Below are positions 1 to 8,640 of a stretch of 64,000 nucleotides of DNA, piece after piece; positions within the stretch are counted from its first letter, which is position 1; every line of letters starts with the position of its first letter. The stretch is from an uncultured Eubacteriales bacterium (GTDB lineage: Bacteria; Bacillota; Clostridia; Oscillospirales; CAG-272), in contig CAKSDZ010000001.1 of the NCBI GenBank assembly GCA_934446365.1, positions 257,521 through 321,520 of the forward strand, in the 5' to 3' direction. The translations under genes were made by a program, and so were the position numbers. Under the pieces are notes generated by a model. That model was not told the origin of the DNA and ran no database searches. It worked only from the letters and a program-made list of their open reading frames with translations.

Positions 1-1
1 G

Positions 2-274
2 GGTGTCGTAACGCTGATGCGGCAGGAAGCGGAGCACCGCTATGTCAACCATCTTTTGTATGCGGCTCCCGTTAAGCGCGGGGAACGCACGGAAATCATC
101 GAGGATTTGGTTCCGATTTATAATACCGAGGTATCGTTAAAGCTCTATGTGAAGCCGAAAAGAGTCTATCTCGCACCGCAGATGCGGGATATCGAATACG
201 ACTATGACGACGGCGTTCTGACCTATACGGTGGATCGATTTGAGTGTCATCAGATGGTTGTTGTCGATTATTGA
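2..274 (+). CDS. 3' end of a glycoside-hydrolase-like gene (GH42 / alpha-amylase-family type C-terminus); 5' end lies outside the window
   Basis: Frame is open from the window edge to TGA at 272-274. The C-terminal peptide ...HLLYAAPVKRGERTEIIEDLVPIYNTEVSLKL...RVYLAPQ...HQMVVVDY resembles C-termini of beta-galactosidase-trimerisation-domain proteins (from memory). A hairpin terminator follows. Confidence 0.4.
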   Translation, partial: GVVTLMRQEAEHRYVNHLLYAAPVKRGERTEIIEDLVPIYNTEVSLKLYVKPKRVYLAPQMRDIEYDYDDGVLTYTVDRFECHQMVVVDY

Positions 275-288
275 TTTTAAAATTTTGT

Positions 289-326
289 AAAAAAAGCAGG
301 ATCTTTCCGGGATTCTGCTTTTTTTG
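289..326 (+). terminator. Intrinsic terminator
   Basis: Hairpin AGCAGGATC / GATTCTGCT followed by a T7 run, directly after the stop at 274. Confidence 0.7.
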
Positions 327-457
327 CGGCGATTTCTTTCTGAATTGAAAAATTATCGGCTGCTTCAAATATTTGAGATAAATAAAAAACGTTCTCCGTT
401 GCAAAATAAAGAAGGACAGATTCAACGTCCGAAAAAACAACAAAGGAGCAAATCAAA

Positions 458-646
458 ATGCCGATTATCACATCCAAAGAACTCGGTACCATTCAGGACC
501 AGCTCAATCTTGAACGGAACCTTGTCAACAAATATACCGAATATGCAGAGAGTACCAATGACACGGTGCTGAAACAGAAATATGAACAGATCGCAGCGAA
601 GCATGAGAATCATTATCAGTCGCTTTTCTGCTATCTGACGAAATAA
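458..646 (+). CDS. Small CotF-like spore coat protein
   Basis: AAAGGAG RBS upstream of the ATG. 62-aa helical protein (…LNLERNLVNKYTEYAESTNDTVLKQKYEQIAAKHENHYQSLF) paired with a second Coat_F-type ORF 13 nt downstream. Confidence 0.55.
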   Translation: MPIITSKELGTIQDQLNLERNLVNKYTEYAESTNDTVLKQKYEQIAAKHENHYQSLFCYLTK

Positions 647-659
647 GGAGGAAAAAGCG

Positions 660-917
660 ATGGTACAGCCTTCATTTTCCGATAAGGACAGATTGACGGA
701 CGCACTCAATTCTCAAAAGTATATCAGCGATCATTACAATAACTTTGCCAATGAGTCTGCGTCTCCCGAGCTGCGTAACACAGTTATGCAGATTTTGACG
801 GATGAGCATGACATTCAGTTTGAGCTTTTCCGTGAGATGAGCAGCCGCGGCTGGTATCCGACAGAGGTGGCGGACGCACAGAAGGTAACGGAAGCAAAGA
901 ATAAATATCAGCAGTAA
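660..917 (+). CDS. Coat F domain spore coat protein
   Basis: AAGGAGG RBS. DRLTDALNSQKYISDHYNNFANESASPELRNTVMQILTDEHDIQFELF matches the Coat_F (CotF-like) signature as I remember it. Confidence 0.7.
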   Translation: MVQPSFSDKDRLTDALNSQKYISDHYNNFANESASPELRNTVMQILTDEHDIQFELFREMSSRGWYPTEVADAQKVTEAKNKYQQ

Positions 918-926
918 GCCGGATTC

Positions 927-958
927 AAAAAACCGCCGATATTTCGGCGGTTTTTTTG
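927..958 (+). terminator. Intrinsic terminator of the cotF-like pair
   Basis: CCGCCGA-TATT-TCGGCGG hairpin flanked by an A-run and a T7 run. Confidence 0.85.
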
Positions 959-1346
959 TTTGAAAAAGCGTTTTCTTTGCGGAAAGCCACCGAAAAAAGC
1001 CGCATGGGATTTTTCTATAAAAGCGTTTGCCAAACGTTTTTATTTAACATCGGAGAAGCATTATCCGAGATGGCTGTATCCGTTCAATTCAAAAAACAGC
1101 CAATCTTACTTGTCTATTGCTTCTGCCAATTTTAAGGTTTACAAATTTTATAGATACGGAAAAATAAAGGCAGTCAACAGGATTCATGGAGGGATTATAC
1201 CATAAATTTTATAAAAAATAATATGGATTCTCAACTATTTCACGTGTTATTTGACAAAATGAAAAATTCGCGGTTATATGAGCTTTTTCGCGAAAATCCC
1301 AAAACGCAGTAAACTCTTGTTTACATAATATGACAATAAAAAATGC

Positions 1347-1375
1347 TTGAAAATCACAGCATATCATGCTAAAAT
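1347..1375 (+). promoter_or_regulatory. Sigma-A-type promoter for the HTH-ARH gene
   Basis: TTGAAA (1347-1352), 17-nt spacer, TAAAAT (1370-1375). A weak dyad ATGCT-N10-AGCAT (1343-1362) overlaps it. Confidence 0.5.
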
Positions 1376-1401
1376 GAAGAAAAAAGGTGGAGGCAGGAAA
1401 T

Positions 1402-2991
1402 ATGGATATTGGAAAAACGATCGCAAAGCTGCGCTGTGATTTGGAATTATCACAGGAGAAGTTTGCCAATTTGCTCGGCGTTTCGAGGCAAACCGTCCAA
1501 AAATGGGAGTCCGGCGTATCGTCACCGGATATGGAAAATTTGGCCGGTATTGCAAACAAATTCGGTATATCCATGGATTTGCTTGTTCTCGGAAGGGATA
1601 AAAGAGAAATGGAAGAGCTTCGCGGCGTCAAAAAGATCGAGCCGAAATATGATAATATTACAGGTTGGGATTCTTATTCCGATCAGCTTATGATAGAATA
1701 CCGCCAATCGGTAGATGAAGGACTGGACCTTGAGGGATATGAAAATTTGTTCCGGTCGGTTTGCGGTATGCCGAAGGGTGCTATCAAGGAAAAAATGGCA
1801 AATGCGCTGTTTGAGTTATCAATCAACGCTCCTATGCGTGAGAATTATACATACAATGAGCCTTCTGAGCTTGCTGCGATTCAGGCGCTGCGTCCGAATG
1901 CCGCTGCTGTCCGCGGGAAGCTTCCCGCGGATATTGAGGACCGTGTCCGCGGCGCTTGGATCGGCAGAATCTGCGGTTGCCTGCTTGGAAAGCCGGTCGA
2001 GGGTTGGCGCACGGAGGTTTTGGTCCCGTTTTTGAAGGAAACGGGAAACTATCCGCTTCATCGTTATCTTCTGACGACCGATGTCACAGACGAGAGAAAA
2101 GAGCGTTATCTTTCCGAATATAAAATTTCGCTCGAAAACCGTGCTTATGCCGATCGGTATGACTGTGCTCCCGTTGACGACGATACCAACTATACCGTTA
2201 TGGCGATGCGGATTTTGGAGAAATTCGGGCGGGACTTCACGCCTTACGACGTTTCCCGCATGTGGCTGGATGCGCAGGTGATTCGTCCTTACTGTACAGC
2301 CGAAAGGGTAGCGTACCGCAATTTTATCAACGGATATGTGCCGCCTGCTTCCGCTGTTTATAAAAATCCGTACAGAGAGTATATCGGCGCTCAGATACGC
2401 GGTGATTATTTCGGTTATATCAATCCGGGCGATCCGCAGACTGCGGCGGAGATGGCGTGGCGGGACGCCTCCATCTCACATGTCAAGAACGGAATCTATG
2501 GAGAGATGTTTGTGGCGGCTATGATCGCGGCGGCGCCTGTTTGCAGTGATTTGAAAGAGGTCGTAAAAGCCGGCATGGCGCAGATTCCGAAAACCTCAAG
2601 GCTTTATGAGGCGCTTTCCGACGTGCTTGAATGGTATGAATGCGGAGTCTCCGAGAAAAAGGCCTTTGCAAAAATTCATGAGCAATATGACGAGCATAAC
2701 GGTTATGACTGGTGCCATACGATTTCCAATGCGATGATCGTTGCGGTATGCCTGCTTTACGGGGAGGCCAACTATTCAAAATCCATCTGTATGGCGGTCG
2801 AGGTCGGCTTTGACACGGACTGCAACGGTGCGACAGTCGGTTCCGTGATCGGTATGTTCCGCGGTTCCGGTGCGATTGAATCCCAATGGACGGAGCCTGT
2901 GCACGGCGCACTCGATACAACGATCGGCGGCAATACGCGCTATCAGATTGAAGATCTTGTCTCCACCACGATGCGGCATGTGAAAAAGTAA
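1402..2991 (+). CDS. XRE-family helix-turn-helix fused to an ADP-ribosylglycohydrolase (ARH/DraG-type) domain
   Basis: GGTGGAGG RBS 6 nt before the ATG at 1402 (the ORF track starts at GTG 1387). N-terminus LSQEKFANLLGVSRQTVQKWESG is an XRE HTH. The ARH signatures GAWIGRICGCLLGKPVEG, VDDDTNYT and GFDTDCNGATVGSVIGM are present. Confidence 0.8.
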   Translation: MDIGKTIAKLRCDLELSQEKFANLLGVSRQTVQKWESGVSSPDMENLAGIANKFGISMDLLVLGRDKREMEELRGVKKIEPKYDNITGWDSYSDQLMIEYRQSVDEGLDLEGYENLFRSVCGMPKGAIKEKMANALFELSINAPMRENYTYNEPSELAAIQALRPNAAAVRGKLPADIEDRVRGAWIGRICGCLLGKPVEGWRTEVLVPFLKETGNYPLHRYLLTTDVTDERKERYLSEYKISLENRAYADRYDCAPVDDDTNYTVMAMRILEKFGRDFTPYDVSRMWLDAQVIRPYCTAERVAYRNFINGYVPPASAVYKNPYREYIGAQIRGDYFGYINPGDPQTAAEMAWRDASISHVKNGIYGEMFVAAMIAAAPVCSDLKEVVKAGMAQIPKTSRLYEALSDVLEWYECGVSEKKAFAKIHEQYDEHNGYDWCHTISNAMIVAVCLLYGEANYSKSICMAVEVGFDTDCNGATVGSVIGMFRGSGAIESQWTEPVHGALDTTIGGNTRYQIEDLVSTTMRHVKK

Positions 2992-3093
2992 GAGGAAACC
3001 AAAATAAAGTTCTGTAAAATAGACTTTTATGGATGGTTTTCACTGTGTAAATTTCCGCATTTGCGGATAAATTATAATAGGAGGACTTGTTTT

Positions 3094-4635
3094 ATGAAGC
3101 GAATTTTGGCAATGATCCTGTGCTTGGCAATGGTTCTTGTCGTTTTTCTGATGGCAGGCTGCGACAAAACCAAGCCTGAGGATACGACAAAGGCTCCAGA
3201 CAACAGCACACCGACGCAATCGGACACCGACGAGACGACAAAACCGCAGGATTCGGAGGATACTACGAATGGTTCTGACGATTCGGAGAACACTTCTTCT
3301 GATATCCCGCCGGAAACGGAACCGGACGGTCTCAGCAAACTTCCCGGCTATGAGGATGTCGATTTCAGAGGACAGACCTTTAGAATTGCGGCACATAACG
3401 GCGCTTCCGATCAATGGGCATGCGACTATGAGATATACTCCGAGGGTACGGATACGCTCAGCGTGGCAGTCCGCAGAAGAAACGATTTGATGAAGAAGTT
3501 ATACAACTGCAACATCGAGCTTATTTCTACGGATTCGCCGAGCAGCCTTGCCTTGGCTGATGTGACGGGCAATCAGCATACCATTGATATGTATGCCAAC
3601 AAATACAATATGGGCGATCCGATCAATCGGTATAATCTCGCCTCCTTTAACATCAATTTTGAAAATCCCTGGTGGGACCAGACCTTTGTTGACACCTACA
3701 CCATAAAGGACAACAGCGGGGCTGACACTATGTGGGCATGTGTGGGTGATTTTGCGGTCTCCGCATACCGCGCGGCTCATGCGATCATCTATAATCGAAC
3801 GATATACGAGACGGCGGGCATTACCGATAACGTATATGAACTTGTAAAAGACAAAAAATGGACGATGGATAAGTTTGTCGAAATGTGCAAGATGGCTGCG
3901 ACGGATAACGACGGTAACTCCGAACTCCATTATTCGGAAGGCGATATTATGGGATGGGTCAGAACCGGCCATGCGACGCACGGTATGCATGTTGCATCTG
4001 GGCTTTCCATTATCACCAATGAGAACGGGGCATTGAAGCTGGAGATGACGGAAAACGCCGGCGCATGGAATGATGTTATTGATAAAGCGATTTCGGTTTG
4101 GTCTATACAGGAAAGCGAGACGCTTGCTTATACTTCTGTGCATGACGCCATTAAAAATGGAAAGGCTCTTTTTGCCTCTGAGGTTATCGGTACACTTGAG
4201 GTGGTAAAGGATGCGGACGTTTCTTTGGGTCTTCTTCCTTATCCTCTTTACAGTGAGACACAGGAAAATTATGCCCACTATGTCGACAATCATTTGATGT
4301 ATTATGTCGTTCCGACTTCTGTTCCGGATATTGATGTGATCAGCGACTTTATGGAGCTTTTCGCATATCATTCCAGATATATCGTTCGTTCTGCTTGGAT
4401 CGACGTTTATAGCTATGAGTATTGCAGCGATGTGGATTCCGGCGATATGCTTGACATTATTTTGGATAGCCGCACCTATGATCCCGCATATCTCCTTTGG
4501 ATATACGAGGGCGATATCAGCGGTATGATATCCACCGGTAAGAACAATCTTACAAAATGGGCTGACAGAACAGCCGCTACGATTCAGCAGTCGATCAGCA
4601 ACTATATTGTTGCGATCACCAACGCCAATCAGTGA
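3094..4635 (+). CDS. Large lipoprotein, probably an extracellular solute (sugar)-binding-type protein
   Basis: AGGAGG RBS before the ATG at 3094. Signal peptide with lipobox LMAGC, then a Thr/Asp/Glu/Pro-rich linker. The ~500-aa size is typical of orphan family-1 sugar-binding lipoproteins. No permease genes are adjacent. Confidence 0.55.
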   Translation: MKRILAMILCLAMVLVVFLMAGCDKTKPEDTTKAPDNSTPTQSDTDETTKPQDSEDTTNGSDDSENTSSDIPPETEPDGLSKLPGYEDVDFRGQTFRIAAHNGASDQWACDYEIYSEGTDTLSVAVRRRNDLMKKLYNCNIELISTDSPSSLALADVTGNQHTIDMYANKYNMGDPINRYNLASFNINFENPWWDQTFVDTYTIKDNSGADTMWACVGDFAVSAYRAAHAIIYNRTIYETAGITDNVYELVKDKKWTMDKFVEMCKMAATDNDGNSELHYSEGDIMGWVRTGHATHGMHVASGLSIITNENGALKLEMTENAGAWNDVIDKAISVWSIQESETLAYTSVHDAIKNGKALFASEVIGTLEVVKDADVSLGLLPYPLYSETQENYAHYVDNHLMYYVVPTSVPDIDVISDFMELFAYHSRYIVRSAWIDVYSYEYCSDVDSGDMLDIILDSRTYDPAYLLWIYEGDISGMISTGKNNLTKWADRTAATIQQSISNYIVAITNANQ

Positions 4636-4646
4636 GGATCTGATTC

Positions 4647-4682
4647 AAAAAAAGAGCTTGTCTTATGACAAGCTCTTTTTTG
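4647..4682 (+). terminator. Intrinsic terminator
   Basis: AGAGCTTGTC-TTAT-GACAAGCTCT hairpin with A-run and T-run flanks. Confidence 0.85.
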
Positions 4683-4718
4683 TGTAGATAAGGGAATGAC
4701 ATGTAATTTTTTGAAGAA

Positions 4719-4757
4719 TAAACAAAAGAGAGCCCGACAGGGCTCTCTTTTGTTTTT
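4719..4757 (-). terminator. Intrinsic terminator of pnp
   Basis: AAAAGAGAGCCC-GACA-GGGCTCTCTTTT hairpin immediately downstream of the pnp stop (4760), with a T-rich tail on the minus strand. Confidence 0.85.
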
Positions 4758-4759
4758 CG

Positions 4760-6859
4760 TCAATTTTCTTTGGGAAGTGCGTCTTTTCTTGAAAGATTGA
4801 TTCTTCCTTTTTCATCGGTTCCAAGGAATTTGACGGTGACTTTATCGCCGACGGAAACGACATCCTCGACATTTTCCACCCGTTTCGTATCGAGCTTGGA
4901 GATGTGGACGAGTCCTTCTTTGCCGGGTGCAATCTCGACAAATGCACCGATGGGAATGATTCTCGTGACGGTTCCGGTATAACAGCAGCCTTCGACAGGC
5001 TCAAAGACGATGGCGTCGATGATGCCTTTGGCTTCTTTTGCGGCTTCGGTGTTGACGGCAAGGATATAGACGGTTCCGTCGTCCTCAATATCGATCTTCG
5101 CGCCGGTTTCGGCGACGATCTTTTGAATGATTTTTCCGCCTGTTCCGATGACGTCGCGGATTTTATCGGGATTGATCTTCATGATGATCAGCTTTGGCGC
5201 ATATTTGCTGATGTCGGGACGCGGGGCGGGAATGGCTTTCAGAATGATATCGTCGATGATATAATCTCTGCCTTTATGCGTGGTTTCCAACGCCTGCTTG
5301 ATGATTTCGGGCGTAAGTCCGTCGATTTTGAGGTCCATCTGAATCGAAGTAATGCCTTTATGCGTGCCGGCAACCTTGAAATCCATATCGCCATAGAAAT
5401 CTTCGAGACCCTGAATATCGATCATCGTGTCCCAGCTGCCGTCTTCCGCTGTAATAAGTCCGCAGGAAATACCGGCGACGGGCGCTTTGATCGGTACACC
5501 GGCGTCCATGAGCGCAAGCGTCGAGCCGCAGACCGAAGCCTGAGAGGTGGAGCCGTTGGAGCTTACGACCTCGGAAACAAGGCGCAGCGCATACGGAAAT
5601 TCCTCCTTGGAGGGAAGAACCGGAACGAGGGAACGCTCGGCAAGCGCGCCGTGTCCGATCTCACGTCTGCCGGGCGAACGAAGCGACTTCGCTTCGCCGG
5701 TCGAATAGCCGGGCATGTTGTAATGGTGCATGTAGCGCTTTTCGGTTTCGTCGTCAAGACCTTCGAGCATCTGTGCGTCACTGATAGGACCGAGTGTTGC
5801 GACGGTCAGAACCTGTGTCTGTCCACGGGTGAAAAGTCCGGAACCGTGAGTGCGGGGCAGAACGCCGACCTCGGCGGCAAGCGGACGGATCTCATCCATA
5901 CGGCGGCCGTCTACGCGCTTCTTATCGACGAGAAGCCAGCGGCGGACGATTTTTTTCTGAATCTTATAGATAAGCTCGGGGAGCATGACGTCCAGCCCCT
6001 CGTATTTCTCGGAAAATTTTTCAAGGATATCGTCCTGAATGGGCTGCATTTTGGCATCGCGGACATTTTTGTCGTCGGTGTCAAGTGCTTCCATGACGGC
6101 GCTTTCACAGTAAGCGAAAATTTCGTCGAACATATCATGGTCAAGCTCGCAGGAGGGATACTCAAATTTCGGCTTGCCGACCTCGGCGATGATGGAATTG
6201 ATAAAAACAAGCAGCTTTTTGATTTCCTCATGCGCGAACATGATGGCATTATACATATCGTCGTCGGAAACCTCGCGGGCGCCTGCCTCAATCATGACGA
6301 CTTTCTTTTCGGAAGCGGCGACCGTGAGTTCAAGCGTGCTGACCTTGCGCTCCTCATAATTCGGATTGAGAACGGGCTTGCCGTCCACAAGACCGATGAA
6401 CGCACCGCCGATCGGTCCGTTCCACGGGATATCCGAAATAGACAGCGCGATGGAAGCGCCGATCATCGCCGTAATTTCAGGCGAACAGTCGGGGTCGACG
6501 GACATGACCGTCAGCGTCAGCGCGACATCGTTGCGCAGATCCTTCGGGAAGAGAGGACGAATCGGACGGTCGATGACACGGCTTGTCAGAACAGCCTTTT
6601 CCGAAGGCTTGCCTTCACGGCGGAGGAATCCGCCCGGTATTTTGCCTACGGAATACATTTTTTCATCATAATCGACGGAGAGGGGAAGGAAATCGATACC
6701 GTCGCGCGGCTTCGCGGAAGCGGTAGCGCACGCGAGAATGACGGTTTCCCCATAACTGATCATACAGGAGCCGTTGGCGAGTCCTGCGACCTTGCCGGTT
6801 TCCACCTTGAGCGGCCGGCCGGCGTATTCAAACTCGAATACTTTGTAATTCTCGAACAT
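4760..6859 (-). CDS. pnp: Polynucleotide phosphorylase / polyribonucleotide nucleotidyltransferase
   Basis: 699 aa. Two RNase PH-like halves plus KH (GKIIQKIVAETGAKIDIEDDG) and S1 (GTVTRIIPIGAFVEIAPGKEGLVHISKL) C-terminal domains. Classic rpsO-pnp synteny. Confidence 0.97.
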   Translation of the reverse strand: MFENYKVFEFEYAGRPLKVETGKVAGLANGSCMISYGETVILACATASAKPRDGIDFLPLSVDYDEKMYSVGKIPGGFLRREGKPSEKAVLTSRVIDRPIRPLFPKDLRNDVALTLTVMSVDPDCSPEITAMIGASIALSISDIPWNGPIGGAFIGLVDGKPVLNPNYEERKVSTLELTVAASEKKVVMIEAGAREVSDDDMYNAIMFAHEEIKKLLVFINSIIAEVGKPKFEYPSCELDHDMFDEIFAYCESAVMEALDTDDKNVRDAKMQPIQDDILEKFSEKYEGLDVMLPELIYKIQKKIVRRWLLVDKKRVDGRRMDEIRPLAAEVGVLPRTHGSGLFTRGQTQVLTVATLGPISDAQMLEGLDDETEKRYMHHYNMPGYSTGEAKSLRSPGRREIGHGALAERSLVPVLPSKEEFPYALRLVSEVVSSNGSTSQASVCGSTLALMDAGVPIKAPVAGISCGLITAEDGSWDTMIDIQGLEDFYGDMDFKVAGTHKGITSIQMDLKIDGLTPEIIKQALETTHKGRDYIIDDIILKAIPAPRPDISKYAPKLIIMKINPDKIRDVIGTGGKIIQKIVAETGAKIDIEDDGTVYILAVNTEAAKEAKGIIDAIVFEPVEGCCYTGTVTRIIPIGAFVEIAPGKEGLVHISKLDTKRVENVEDVVSVGDKVTVKFLGTDEKGRINLSRKDALPKEN

Positions 6860-7010
6860 TTTTTGTCTCCTTTTTGTTATAGTATTTATTTTCAGGCAAA
6901 AAATATCCGAGATTGTTTAGCACTTAAATACGATGCGGAGCTTCCGAACCATATTTAACTGCTATACAAAATCGTCTATTTCCCGCCATGATTTCACAAG
7001 GGATGAAACG

Positions 7011-7045
7011 ATGAAAAGGGACGAACGACAGTCCGTCCCTTTCCG
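7011..7045 (-). terminator. Hairpin/terminator between rpsO and pnp
   Basis: AAAAGGGACG...CGTCCCTTT hairpin just downstream of the rpsO stop. It could attenuate read-through into pnp. Confidence 0.6.
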
Positions 7046-7051
7046 AAGGGC

Positions 7052-7315
7052 TTATTTACGGATGCCGAGCTTTTCGATGATAGCGCGATAGCGTTCGATA
7101 TCCTTTTTCTGAAGATAACCGAGAAGGTTTCTTCTTTTACCGACCATTTTGAGCATGCCGCGGCGGCTGTGATGGTCGTTGTGATTTCTTTTGAGATGCT
7201 CGGTGAGTTCGTTGATTCTTGCGGTCAGAATCGCAATCTGCACCTCAGGAGAGCCGGTATCGCCCTCATGTGTCTGATTGGATGCGATGATAGCCTGTTT
7301 GGTTTCTTTTTGCAT
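7052..7315 (-). CDS. rpsO: 30S ribosomal protein S15
   Basis: Internal ATG at 7315 preceded by GAGGTG. The 87-aa product ...[51 protein letters not shown]... is canonical S15. The longer ORF-track form (to 7420) has no support. Confidence 0.95.
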   Translation of the reverse strand: MQKETKQAIIASNQTHEGDTGSPEVQIAILTARINELTEHLKRNHNDHHSRRGMLKMVGKRRNLLGYLQKKDIERYRAIIEKLGIRK

Positions 7316-7429
7316 GATTTTCACCTCATAAATTTTTTTGCAGTCCGTTTTCCCAGCGAGCGGCGGGTGAAAATGCTCATAGGAAGAGCCTTTATCCGCA
7401 GACCGAGAGAACGGATACATACAATGTTT

Positions 7430-7458
7430 ATTTTATCATAGGGTTCCCGAAATGTAAA
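7430..7458 (-). promoter_or_regulatory. Sigma-A-type promoter of rpsO
   Basis: On the minus strand, TTTACA, 17-nt spacer, TAAAAT. This leaves a leader of about 108 nt before rpsO. Confidence 0.5.
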
Positions 7459-7517
7459 GTCTTTTTTCAAAAAAATAAAAAATTTTCCGTAAGTTTCCGA
7501 AAATTCTAAAATATATG

Positions 7518-7546
7518 TTGCAAAAGCTCTGCCTTTGATGTAAAAT
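7518..7546 (+). promoter_or_regulatory. Sigma-A-type promoter of fba
   Basis: TTGCAA (7518-7523), 17-nt spacer, TAAAAT (7541-7546). Confidence 0.5.
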
Positions 7547-7614
7547 ATAAATATGTTAGCAATAAAAGCGGATTTTGCGGGAATCCTGCGAATCTGCGGA
7601 AAAGAGGATAGAAA

Positions 7615-8544
7615 ATGGGCATTGTAACCACTACCGAAATGTTCAAGAAAGCATATGAGGGCGGATATGCCGTCGGCGCTTTCAACATAAACAACATGGA
7701 GATCATTCAGGCGATTACGGAGGCGGCTGCCGAGGAGAAATCCCCGGTGATTCTGCAGGTATCCGCTGGTGCGAGAAAGTATGCAAAGCATGCGTATCTG
7801 ATGGCGCTTGCCAAAGCGGCGGTTGAGGATACCGGTATCGACCTCGCGCTCCATCTTGACCACGGAGCGGATTTTGAAATCTGCAAATCCTGTATCGACG
7901 GCGGATTCTCTTCCGTCATGATCGACGGTTCCAAATATTCGTTCGAGGAAAACATCGAGCTTACGAAAAAGGTCGTCGAATACGCGCATGCACACGGCGT
8001 TGTCGTTGAGGGCGAGCTTGGGAAGCTGGCCGGCGTCGAGGACGACGTCAATGTATCGGCTGACGACGCGATGTATACCAATCCCGCCGAGGTCGAGGAA
8101 TTCGTGACGAGAACCGGCGTCGATTCGCTGGCTATCGCGATCGGCACAAGCCATGGCGCATATAAATTCAAGGGAGAACCGAGACTTCGTTTTGACATTC
8201 TCGACGATGTTGCGCACAGACTTCCGGGCTTCCCGATCGTTCTGCACGGCGCTTCTTCCGTCATTCCGGAGCTTGTGACGGAAATCAACAGCTGCGGCGG
8301 CAATCTTTCCGGTGCAAAGGGCGTTCCGGAGGAGCTGCTTCGCAAGGCCGCGACAATGGCGGTCTGCAAAATCAATATCGATTCCGATATCCGTCTTGCG
8401 ATGACGGCCGGCATTCGCCGCGTGATGACCGCACAGCCTGACGTTTTCGATCCGAGAACCTATCTCACGGTCGGCAGAGAAGAAGTCAAGAAGATGGTCA
8501 AGCACAAATTTACGGCTGTCCTCGGCTCTAACGGCAAGGCATAA
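7615..8544 (+). CDS. fba: Class II fructose-1,6-bisphosphate aldolase
   Basis: 309 aa. N-terminus TTEMFKKAYEGGYAVGAFNINNMEIIQAI and LHLDHG / AIGTSHGAYKF motifs of class II FBA. Confidence 0.93.
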   Translation: MGIVTTTEMFKKAYEGGYAVGAFNINNMEIIQAITEAAAEEKSPVILQVSAGARKYAKHAYLMALAKAAVEDTGIDLALHLDHGADFEICKSCIDGGFSSVMIDGSKYSFEENIELTKKVVEYAHAHGVVVEGELGKLAGVEDDVNVSADDAMYTNPAEVEEFVTRTGVDSLAIAIGTSHGAYKFKGEPRLRFDILDDVAHRLPGFPIVLHGASSVIPELVTEINSCGGNLSGAKGVPEELLRKAATMAVCKINIDSDIRLAMTAGIRRVMTAQPDVFDPRTYLTVGREEVKKMVKHKFTAVLGSNGKA

Positions 8545-8557
8545 TTTTCAACATCTC

Positions 8558-8590
8558 GGGGCTGGCGTGTTCTGCGGCAGCCCCTTTTTT
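8558..8590 (+). terminator. Intrinsic terminator of fba
   Basis: GGGGCTG...CAGCCCC hairpin plus a T6 run. Confidence 0.8.
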
Positions 8591-8640
8591 ATGGCATTCC
8601 AGCTGTAAGGAAAAATGGCTTGGAGAAACGGAGAAAATCG

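Noticed and set aside
960-1205. 81-aa ORF in the cotF / HTH-ARH intergenic region
   Set aside because: It has a non-ATG start inside the T-tract of the upstream terminator and no RBS. The peptide is basic and low-complexity. Probably non-coding spacer.
4904-6958. 684-aa ORF on the plus strand
   Set aside because: It lies entirely antisense to pnp, whose product has unmistakable PNPase domains. The antisense translation is low-complexity (Arg/Gly/Asp-rich) with no RBS or promoter. This is a typical stop-codon-poor shadow frame.
7316-7420. N-terminal extensions offered by the ORF track: rpsO to 7420, ppdK to 22325, SGNH hydrolase to 35358, SDR to 36808, nfnB to 17132, lipoprotein from 3061, dnaJ from 50590
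   Set aside because: In each case an internal ATG with a well-spaced GGAGG-type RBS gives the family-typical N-terminus. The upstream extension has no homology-like pattern and often crosses promoter or terminator sequence.
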